From Synechococcales cyanobacterium VAR_4_metabat_312 (GTDB lineage: Bacteria; Cyanobacteriota; Cyanobacteriia; Cyanobacteriales; Chamaesiphonaceae), in assembly GCA_031414875.1 (NCBI GenBank), contig JANOQO010000028.1, positions 106,445 to 138,444 on the forward strand: a DNA stretch of 32,000 bases, in the 5' to 3' direction. The notes under the pieces are model-generated. The model saw only the letters and a program-made list of their open reading frames with translations, did not search any database and was not told where the DNA came from. The position numbers were made by a program, and so were the translations under genes. Positions 16,782 to 24,540 of this stretch are shown one piece after another (positions within the stretch are counted from its first letter, which is position 1; each line of letters starts with the position of its first letter).

Positions 16782-17717
16782 TTATTGATTCAGTATCAAA
16801 TCAACTAAGTTATCAATCCACATTTCTGTCCCTCGTTCCATTGCTTCATTGGAATACCAAGCAGTATGACCAGTTTGGACAATACGCCCTAGTTCTACAT
16901 CACACAAATCAGCTAGAGAAAATGGATTATCATCAACGGCATATCCAGCAACTTTACCAGCTTGGATCGCTCTGAGCATGGCAAAATTATCTACAAGAGC
17001 TGGCCGGGCTGGATTAATAATATACACTCCTTGTTTCATATTTGCCAAAACTTCAGATGTGATAATAACGGGGTTTTCTCGGTTTAAACTGGCCGCTAAC
17101 ATTACCACATCAGATTGCTGAATTAGTTGGTTAAATGAGACTGCACTGAATTCTGGATAAGCATCAATTTTAGGATCGTAGTAGCTGACTTTCATATTAA
17201 AGGCTTTTGCCAAGTTAGCGATCCGATAACCGATTCGACCTAATCCCAAAATGCCAATTTTTTTACCACTGAGTTCCCAACCTCGTAAAGACACCTCATG
17301 GGTGATTTCGGCTCTTGATTTTCGATCGCTGAGATGAATTCGGCGAGAAAGTGTTAATAGCAAACCGATCGCATGTTCGGCGACAGTAATAGCAGAATAG
17401 TCCGGTAGAAATTTCAAAACAATATTACAGGCTTGGAGTTCGATTAAATCGATCCATTCAATGCCTGTCGTATACACTGACAAACCTTTGAGGTTAGGTA
17501 GGTTACGGATAATCCCGGCATGTAAATCGATACAGGTGCGGCGAGTCAGTCCAATATAGTTGGCCGTTTGGCAAAGTTGGATTAGATGTTCGTCAGATAA
17601 GGGTGATAAATTGGCAATATATCTAACCAAAGCGATCGCCTCGATGGCTTTTTGTTGCGGCGGAGATAGACTGTCTCGGCCTTTTGCCGAGAAGATAATA
17701 ATTTCTGGGTCTGCCAT
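16782..17717 (-). CDS. D-isomer-specific 2-hydroxyacid dehydrogenase family, NAD-binding
   Basis: Rossmann motif GKKIGILGLGRIGYRIA, a catalytic-region R..E..H pattern and the C-terminal TGHTAWYSNEA. I prefer the ATG at 17717 to the track start at 17774. Confidence 0.8.
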   Translation of the reverse strand: MADPEIIIFSAKGRDSLSPPQQKAIEAIALVRYIANLSPLSDEHLIQLCQTANYIGLTRRTCIDLHAGIIRNLPNLKGLSVYTTGIEWIDLIELQACNIVLKFLPDYSAITVAEHAIGLLLTLSRRIHLSDRKSRAEITHEVSLRGWELSGKKIGILGLGRIGYRIANLAKAFNMKVSYYDPKIDAYPEFSAVSFNQLIQQSDVVMLAASLNRENPVIITSEVLANMKQGVYIINPARPALVDNFAMLRAIQAGKVAGYAVDDNPFSLADLCDVELGRIVQTGHTAWYSNEAMERGTEMWIDNLVDLILNQ

Positions 17718-17933
17718 ATAACTGACGGGCTGGTAAATAAAATACAAGATAACAACTGAGGCCGCATTGGGCATTCTATCTGGCTACAGTGTCACAGAAT
17801 TGATTTCGGAAATTTATAGATAAGTATTTAGCCCAAATTCGCAGATAAATTCCCTGCATGGGATAGAAGTACGGAATATATTTATGTCAAGGTGAAGCTG
17901 AAAATAGCATCAGCGATAAATTGAGGTCATTAA

Positions 17934-18623
17934 TTGAAAAAATTGAAAAGGGTTGGTAAATTTTTACTGTTAGCGCTCCTCGGACTCTGTGCTGTTACTT
18001 TTGCTGGTATTTATACACCGACCAAATGGCTTTATATAAAGCAAGCTGATTGTAGTGTGCCGATTTACATTAGCAACGTTAATAATTTTCATGCCGAAAT
18101 CATTTTGCCAGTGAGTAATGAAACCTTTGACTGGCAACAGCAGCTAGATTTACAGAAATTAGGTCAAGATGCTGATAAATATCAATATTTAAGTTTTGGC
18201 TGGGGCGATCGAAATTTCTTTCTCAACTCTTCTTTTGATCCCATCACAATTTTTGATGTGCTATTTATCCCCGGGCCAAGCGTCATGCATGTTTGGGGAC
18301 ACACTGAGCCAAGATTGCAGTTGGGCGCGGCCTTTGAACTTAAGCAGGTGAATCTCAGCAAAGCAGAATATTTGCACCTAACCGAATTCATCAAAAACAG
18401 CTTTCAGCGATCGACAAATAACCAGGCTTCTTATATCAAGCAAGGCTTGTACCAAAACAGTGGCTTTTATGAGGCGATCGGCAGTTATTCTTTTCTGCGC
18501 ACCTGCAATACCTGGACTGCTGAAGCCCTCAGAGTTGCTGACATAAACACACCACTTTGGGCGGCATTGGCTCCATCTGTGATGAGGCAGATAGACTGCG
18601 ACTGTGGAAAAGTCCCAAACTAA
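17934..18623 (+). CDS. Conserved hypothetical protein with an N-terminal signal or anchor; resembles TIGR02117/DUF2459
   Basis: 229 aa. The TTG start has a GAGG 7 nt upstream. Motifs are HAEIILPV and YLSFGWGDRNFFL. The family name is from memory. Confidence 0.6.
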   Translation: MKKLKRVGKFLLLALLGLCAVTFAGIYTPTKWLYIKQADCSVPIYISNVNNFHAEIILPVSNETFDWQQQLDLQKLGQDADKYQYLSFGWGDRNFFLNSSFDPITIFDVLFIPGPSVMHVWGHTEPRLQLGAAFELKQVNLSKAEYLHLTEFIKNSFQRSTNNQASYIKQGLYQNSGFYEAIGSYSFLRTCNTWTAEALRVADINTPLWAALAPSVMRQIDCDCGKVPN

Positions 18624-18756
18624 AATATCGGCACAAGCAGCCGTGGTTAGAGAAGCACTACTTTAAGCGATCTTATCTGCACAAAAGCCTCTAACATGAG
18701 CTAACGACCCAAGATATTTTGCTTGTACGCCTACCGCAGTAGGAGGAAATTTGCTC

Positions 18757-18975
18757 ATGAGAGACAACCTGAAACAACAAATCATTGATATTTGCAATCA
18801 AAAAATTGAGAAAAAGGGGCCTGGTGTTAGTGTTTCTTTTTATGCATTTTTTTCCAATAAAAATGAAGATCCCCAACTGTTAATGGAAGCAGCAGAATGG
18901 TGGATTAGCACTCATAAACTAGATCACTTTGAAAAGGCAGTGAGAATTAGAGACTTAGTTAACCATGATGTCTAA
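18757..18975 (+). CDS. Hypothetical small protein (72 aa)
   Basis: The ATG is preceded by a strong AGGAGG 10 nt upstream (18741-18746). I recognise no family. Confidence 0.5.
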   Translation: MRDNLKQQIIDICNQKIEKKGPGVSVSFYAFFSNKNEDPQLLMEAAEWWISTHKLDHFEKAVRIRDLVNHDV

Positions 18976-19037
18976 CAGCCTAGATATTCTCGCAATTGAT
19001 GATCTAGAGAGCTTGTAAAGTGATTTTAATCATCATA

Positions 19038-20177
19038 TCAATCTAACTTTTTATTAATCTGACTGTTACTAAACCAGCCTTGTTGCCAAAAGAAGAAAGC
19101 CAAACTGCCACCAACAACTGCCATCAAGGTCAAGCAAGCCGGATAACCCCAGTACCAGTTTAGTTCTGGCATATTCAATGGTGACTTTTCGACATTGAAG
19201 TTCATGCCATAAACCCCGGCAATAAACGTTAGGGGAATAAAGATTGATGAAACCACTGTAAGTAATTTCATGATTTCATTCATCTTATTCCCCACCGAAG
19301 ATAAATACACATCCATCAAACCAGAAGACAACTCTCGATAGGTTTCCACCATATCCATTACCTGCACTGTGTGATCGTAGCAGTCCCGCAGATAAATCTT
19401 GACTTCATCACTAATAAACTCACTGCCATCTCGAATTAATTGATTAATTGCATCGCGCTGTGGCCAAATCGATCGCCTCAAAGTCAACAAATCTCGCCGC
19501 ACTCGATAAATTTTCCCTAGAGTGTGCTTAGTAGGCCGAGATACCACCTCATCTTCCAATTCATCAATCAGTTCCCCATAGTGCTCCAACACCGGAAAAA
19601 AGCCATCAATAATGGCATCTAGTAAACAATAGGCCAAATAATCTGATCCTTGCTGCCGCACAGTGCCGCGTCCATGGGCAATTCGATCGCGCACCCCCTG
19701 AAAACAGTCATGATCTGGTTCTTCTTGCACCGTCAACAAATAGCCCTTACCCAAAATTAGACTAACTTGCTCTTTATGAAAACCCCGTGCCGTTTTACCG
19801 GGAGTCACCATCCAAGAAACAATTAATAGTTGTTCGGCATAATGCTCAATCTTTGGTCGCTGGGGCACATTAACCACATCTTCTACTAGTAGTGGATGCA
19901 GATTAAACGTCTTACTCAGACTAGTCCAGGTGCCATGGTTGCCCAGCCCTGACAAATCTAACCAAGACACCGACTTATTTCGCAAATAGCGATCGGCCTC
20001 ATCTGGGTCAGTAAGATGATGAAAATCTACCGTCTCTGAATCATAGTCAATTACTGATAGAGTTGCCGGTTCCGCGTCAACATTCAAGCTCAGCTCTCCC
20101 GGAGCCACCCCTGGCCGATCATAAAAATAATCTACCTTAGAAACAGGTTTGTGAGTAGAGGGAAACTTAATAGTCAT
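19038..20177 (-). CDS. corA: CorA-family magnesium/cobalt transporter
   Basis: The C-terminal motif is GVYGMNF between two transmembrane helices, and the length of 379 aa is typical. Confidence 0.9.
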   Translation of the reverse strand: MTIKFPSTHKPVSKVDYFYDRPGVAPGELSLNVDAEPATLSVIDYDSETVDFHHLTDPDEADRYLRNKSVSWLDLSGLGNHGTWTSLSKTFNLHPLLVEDVVNVPQRPKIEHYAEQLLIVSWMVTPGKTARGFHKEQVSLILGKGYLLTVQEEPDHDCFQGVRDRIAHGRGTVRQQGSDYLAYCLLDAIIDGFFPVLEHYGELIDELEDEVVSRPTKHTLGKIYRVRRDLLTLRRSIWPQRDAINQLIRDGSEFISDEVKIYLRDCYDHTVQVMDMVETYRELSSGLMDVYLSSVGNKMNEIMKLLTVVSSIFIPLTFIAGVYGMNFNVEKSPLNMPELNWYWGYPACLTLMAVVGGSLAFFFWQQGWFSNSQINKKLD

Positions 20178-21409
20178 TAACTACAATAGCTCTCTACGCA
20201 GCGGACAAACATTTCTACACCCATCATTAATGCCGTTTCATCAAAATCAAAGCGGGGATGATGGTGGGGGTAAGCAAGCCCTCGATCGACATTGGCCGCA
20301 CCCAAAAAGAAGTAACAGCCCGGTATTGCTTGCAAGAAATAAGCCATATCTTCTGCCCCCATAGTCTGGCAATTGGGCACTACCCCTGCTGGAGTAGTTA
20401 CCACATCCAAAGCGATCGACCTAACCATTGCGGTAATCCGCTCATCATTGATGGTAGCTGGGTAGAAATTCACATAATCAACTTCACAGGTTGCACCATA
20501 AGCAGCACAGATAGAGTTGGCCAAATCAGTGATGCGCTGGCGGAAGTAATCTTTAAACTTAGGGCTAAAATAGCGCACTGTACCTCGAAGAATTGCCGTA
20601 TCAGCAATTACATTGCGAGCATTGCCAGCCACAAAATTCCCCACCGTAACTACCGTTGACTCTAAAGGATCAACATTGCGAGCCACGATCGACTGCAAAG
20701 CACTCACAACTTGTGCCCCCACCACCACCGCATCTACGGTTTGGTGGGGCATCGCCCCGTGGCCACCCCGCCCCTGAATTTTGATATCAAACTGCTCTAC
20801 TGCGGCCATCAAGGGGCCACTGCGCACGCCCACGGTGCCCAAGGGCAAATTATTCCAAAGATGTAGACCAACGATCGCGTCTACTTCGGGGTTTTGTAAT
20901 ACTCCTGCTTGAATCATCGGCAACGCACCGCCGGGATGTTCTTCGGCGGGTTGGAAAATGATTTTTACGGTGCCCGCAAAACTATCGCGGTGCTGAGATA
21001 AGTAATAAGCCGTCATCAGAGCGATCGCCGTATGACCATCATGGCCACAGGCATGCATACAGCCAGGGTTTTGCGATCGATAGTCTACATCATTTTCTTC
21101 TTGAATCGGCAGGGCATCCATATCGGCACGGATCGCTAAACCTTTGAGATCATAGCTGGTCTTTTTACCCTGCAATATGGCCACGATTCCAGTTTCGGCA
21201 ATGCCAGATTGGTACTGAATGCCCCATTCTTGTAACTTCTTTTGGATTAACTCCGCCGTGACTTTTTCTTGAAAGCCCAGCTCTGGATGCCGATGGATTT
21301 GACGACGAACAGCCACCAAATGAGGTTGTAACGCCTGGATACCGGGTCGAATCTTACTCAGATCGACGGACTGGGGCAGGTCAGTAGTAGCGAAAGAGGT
21401 GCGATCCAT
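20177..21409 (-). CDS. M20 family metallo-amidohydrolase (N-acyl-amino acid amidohydrolase/hippuricase-like)
   Basis: IHRHPELGFQE, ADMDALP, MHACGHDGH and FQPAEE are M20D motifs. Its stop overlaps the corA start (TAATG). Confidence 0.85.
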   Translation of the reverse strand: MDRTSFATTDLPQSVDLSKIRPGIQALQPHLVAVRRQIHRHPELGFQEKVTAELIQKKLQEWGIQYQSGIAETGIVAILQGKKTSYDLKGLAIRADMDALPIQEENDVDYRSQNPGCMHACGHDGHTAIALMTAYYLSQHRDSFAGTVKIIFQPAEEHPGGALPMIQAGVLQNPEVDAIVGLHLWNNLPLGTVGVRSGPLMAAVEQFDIKIQGRGGHGAMPHQTVDAVVVGAQVVSALQSIVARNVDPLESTVVTVGNFVAGNARNVIADTAILRGTVRYFSPKFKDYFRQRITDLANSICAAYGATCEVDYVNFYPATINDERITAMVRSIALDVVTTPAGVVPNCQTMGAEDMAYFLQAIPGCYFFLGAANVDRGLAYPHHHPRFDFDETALMMGVEMFVRCVESYCS

Positions 21410-21520
21410 ATTTCAAAGGGGATTTTTTGGTGCAAAGACTGATGTAGTACGATCAATAAAAGTGTAATATCTGCCACACCGTTTTAGTCTAACGGATTCG
21501 GAGAGATCTGACCGCCTGTT

Positions 21521-22573
21521 CTAAGAATCAATTTTGGCAAAAGTCTGACTGGAATTATCAGTGATTTCTTGCAAATAGGCAATGTGCCGATCGATTATCT
21601 CACAGCCTTCAGCCACATTCTCGATTACTGCCAATTTGCCCCGCAGCTCCGCAGCCCCCGGAAAGCCTTTAGCATACCAAGTCAGGTGCTTCCGGGCTTG
21701 ACGAACCCCATAAATACCTTTGTATTCAAACAATGCCTGGAGGTGTTCACGGGCACATGCTAAGAGATCGATCGAAGTAGGAGCCGGCAATTCTTCACCG
21801 GTTTTTAAAAAGTGATCTACTTGACCGACTAAAAATGGATAGCCCAAAGTCCCCCGTGAACACATCACCCCATCCGCTCCGGTTTGTTCTAAACAATCTA
21901 CCGCTGCCTGCACCGAAAACATATCTCCGTTACCAATCACCGGAATATTGACGACTTCCTTAACCTGACGAATCCAATCCCACTTGGCGGGGCCATTGTA
22001 GCCCTGAGCACGAGTGCGGCCATGGACAGTAATCATCTGAGCACCGGCATCTTCCATCAGTTTGGCGAAAGAAAGAATATTGATTTCGCTATCTGACCAG
22101 CCAATCCGAGTTTTCACCGTCACTGGCACTGACACAGCTTTGACCACTGCTCTGACTATTTCTGCGGCAATTTCGGGTTCCCGGAGCAGCGAAGATCCGC
22201 CACCGTTTTTAGTGATTTTGTTCACTGGGCAACCCATATTAATATCTACGGTATCAGCGCCTTCTTGCACCGCTCTGATGGCAGCTTCGGCTAAGAAGTC
22301 TGGCCGACAATCAAACAACTGAATACTAATCGGTCTTTCGCTGGCTTCGATCTCCATGATGCGGGGTAGCTCTTTAACATAGTGCAGACCGGTGGCGTTG
22401 ACCATTTCGGTATAGAGCATGGAAGTAGGAGCATAGCGCCGCACGATTCTCCGAAATACTAGGTCAGTTACGCCAGAAAGCGGCGACTGAAATACGCGGC
22501 TCTTAAGTTCTAAAGAGCCGATTTTGAGGGGGGTAGAAAGTCGATCGAGCAGGGCTGGACTAATTGTTACCAT
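21521..22573 (-). CDS. dusB: tRNA-dihydrouridine synthase
   Basis: SPLSGVTDLVFR, DINMGCP and KTRIGW..ITVHGRT are Dus motifs. I prefer the ATG at 22573 to the TTG at 22585. Confidence 0.88.
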   Translation of the reverse strand: MVTISPALLDRLSTPLKIGSLELKSRVFQSPLSGVTDLVFRRIVRRYAPTSMLYTEMVNATGLHYVKELPRIMEIEASERPISIQLFDCRPDFLAEAAIRAVQEGADTVDINMGCPVNKITKNGGGSSLLREPEIAAEIVRAVVKAVSVPVTVKTRIGWSDSEINILSFAKLMEDAGAQMITVHGRTRAQGYNGPAKWDWIRQVKEVVNIPVIGNGDMFSVQAAVDCLEQTGADGVMCSRGTLGYPFLVGQVDHFLKTGEELPAPTSIDLLACAREHLQALFEYKGIYGVRQARKHLTWYAKGFPGAAELRGKLAVIENVAEGCEIIDRHIAYLQEITDNSSQTFAKIDS

Positions 22574-22755
22574 GGATCTGTGCAATTGGCCTGAAGCCTC
22601 AGGATAGCAGAATTCTTCGATAAGTTTTCTTTTGAATACGGCAATATTCCCAATGCTCGCATTTTCATGATCTGCCTCAAGGAATTAGCAGATATTTACT
22701 GGACTTAGTGAGGATTAGCGGAAGTCTGCAAAACCTCCGTTCCCCATATTCTGTG

Positions 22756-23907
22756 CTAACTCCGAATTTGCACCGGCATTACCAAATAAATAGTCTTAAC
22801 ACCTCCAACCGGCGAAAACACCACCTGCTCTAGAACCCCATTGAGATTAATCGCTACATCTTGAGCATTAATATTTTTCAGACCATCTAACAAATAGCGC
22901 ACATTGAAAGCAATTTCAATATCATCACCCGAAACCTGAGCAGTCAAAGATTCTCGACCACTGCCAATATCTTGCGCCTCCACCGAAAGATCTAATGACT
23001 GGTGCTCATTGCTGATCGTGAACTTCACCAAATTATTGTGCTGATCGGCCAATACTGCAATTCGCTCCAGCGCCGATACCAACTGCTTCCGATCGATTGT
23101 TACCTGCTTGCCAAAACTACTCGGAATCAACGCCCGATAATCAGGATAATTGCCCTCGATCGTCCGGGTAATTAACTGCTGTTGACCATGGGCAGTCTCC
23201 CAAGCAAACACCGCCTGTCCCTCACCCAAACTAAAACTAATCTTCTCGATTGCCTGCTTACCCCCCAACATCTTCTCTAGCTCTCGCAAAGCCCGCGCAG
23301 GCACCGTCAACTCCAAAGCGCTCTCTACACCCTGTTCGGCTTCCAAAAAAGTCTCCACCACCCCTAACCGGTGGCCATCAGTAGCCGCAAACTCTAGCTT
23401 CTCGGCTTCTAACTTAAAATTCACCCCAGTCAAAATCGGCTTGGTTTCATCTTGGCTACAAGCAATCAACGCCCCTCGTAAACCGTCAATCAAAGCGGCG
23501 ATCGGCAAATGCTGAATCTGGCCATCTTCGGGTTCTGGCAACTCTGGAAATTCGGTGGCATCCATGCCTCTTACCTGGTAAGTGCCGGTCTTGGATTTTA
23601 CGGTTACTACTATGCCATCACCATTTTGAGAATCATTTCGTTCGATCGACATTTCGCCGCTGGGCAACCGGGAGACAATATCATTCAACAATTTGGCAGG
23701 CAGCGCAATTTCACCGGCTTCACTCACCTCTGCCCCAAAGCTAGTCTGGATGCCCAAGCTTAGATCAAACCCGGTCAACTGAACTCGTCCAGCAGTGGCT
23801 ACCAACTTGATATTGGTCAAAATTGGCAAGCTGGGCTTACCGGAGACTGCTCGGCTCACCAACGAAAGACTAGAGCTAAGATCGGCTTGCTGGCAAAGAA
23901 ACTTCAT
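22756..23907 (-). CDS. dnaN: DNA polymerase III beta sliding clamp
   Basis: MKFLCQQADL..PILTNIKLVA..TGFDLSLGI and the C-terminal YLVMPVQIR are typical DnaN sequences. The ATG at 23907 gives the canonical N-terminus. Confidence 0.92.
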   Translation of the reverse strand: MKFLCQQADLSSSLSLVSRAVSGKPSLPILTNIKLVATAGRVQLTGFDLSLGIQTSFGAEVSEAGEIALPAKLLNDIVSRLPSGEMSIERNDSQNGDGIVVTVKSKTGTYQVRGMDATEFPELPEPEDGQIQHLPIAALIDGLRGALIACSQDETKPILTGVNFKLEAEKLEFAATDGHRLGVVETFLEAEQGVESALELTVPARALRELEKMLGGKQAIEKISFSLGEGQAVFAWETAHGQQQLITRTIEGNYPDYRALIPSSFGKQVTIDRKQLVSALERIAVLADQHNNLVKFTISNEHQSLDLSVEAQDIGSGRESLTAQVSGDDIEIAFNVRYLLDGLKNINAQDVAINLNGVLEQVVFSPVGGVKTIYLVMPVQIRS

Positions 23908-23991
23908 GGCAGGAAAAATGTGGGAAGGTCGCAACCTTTATCCTAACCGGGAACAGCAGCAACCCAGCAAGCAAAATCGCTGATTGTATAA

Positions 23992-24540
23992 CTAATCGTT
24001 AAGTGAAAGAAGTCCAGCCGGAGGCGTGATTTCGATGCGCCGATCGACCATATCGACTACCGGCACGATCGAAGCAACAAAAGGCACCATTACCTCCTTA
24101 TCGCCAGTTTTGATCACCAGCAAATCATTGCCAGTTTTCATCATATCTACCACCACTCCAATCTCCGCACCAGTCTCCTGCAAAAACACCCGCAGACCAA
24201 TTAAGTCCAGCACATGGTATTCGCCCTCATCTAGCTCCAACCGATCGGTAGTAGGCACCACCAACATCTTGCCCCGCAAAGCCTCCGCCTGATTGCGATT
24301 TTCTACATTGGCCAACTTAATCACATAGAGATCTTTCCCCGGAATATAGTAGCCCCGCTGTAGTTGTACCGACTGAGGAGCAGCTACACCCTCACTATAG
24401 AGCCAGCGCTCACCTGGTTCCTCAAAGCGCTCCGGGAAATCGCTATGGGGATACACCCGCATCTCGCCCTTTAAACCTTGCGGAGCAACGATTAGGCCGA
24501 TTTCCATCCAGTCGGTTGGTGGTTGTAGTTGTCCAGTCAT
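23992..24540 (-). CDS. rimM: 16S rRNA processing protein RimM
   Basis: The sequence has GLKGEMRVYPHSDFPERF and a PRC-barrel C-terminus. Its start overlaps the thrS stop (TAATG). Confidence 0.88.
   Translation of the reverse strand: MTGQLQPPTDWMEIGLIVAPQGLKGEMRVYPHSDFPERFEEPGERWLYSEGVAAPQSVQLQRGYYIPGKDLYVIKLANVENRNQAEALRGKMLVVPTTDRLELDEGEYHVLDLIGLRVFLQETGAEIGVVVDMMKTGNDLLVIKTGDKEVMVPFVASIVPVVDMVDRRIEITPPAGLLSLND

Noticed and set aside
16064-19037. A possible horizontally acquired island, because the region looks more AT-rich than its surroundings.
   Set aside because: The density of the host signature CGATCG is about 8 sites in 3 kb, the same as the window average. There are no integrase, tRNA or direct-repeat boundaries. 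I did not compute GC content, so the AT-richness is only an impression.
21410-21520. An M-box (Mg) riboswitch or a terminator ahead of the M20-corA operon.
   Set aside because: The 111-nt gap is too short for an M-box. The only hairpin is a 5-bp stem (CCGTT/AACGG) without a U-tract.
22586-23991. A possible oriC flanking dnaN.
   Set aside because: I saw no cluster of TTTTCCACA/TTATCCACA-type boxes and no obvious AT-rich unwinding element by eye in either flank. Only isolated or degenerate matches occur elsewhere (18603-18611 and about 28964).
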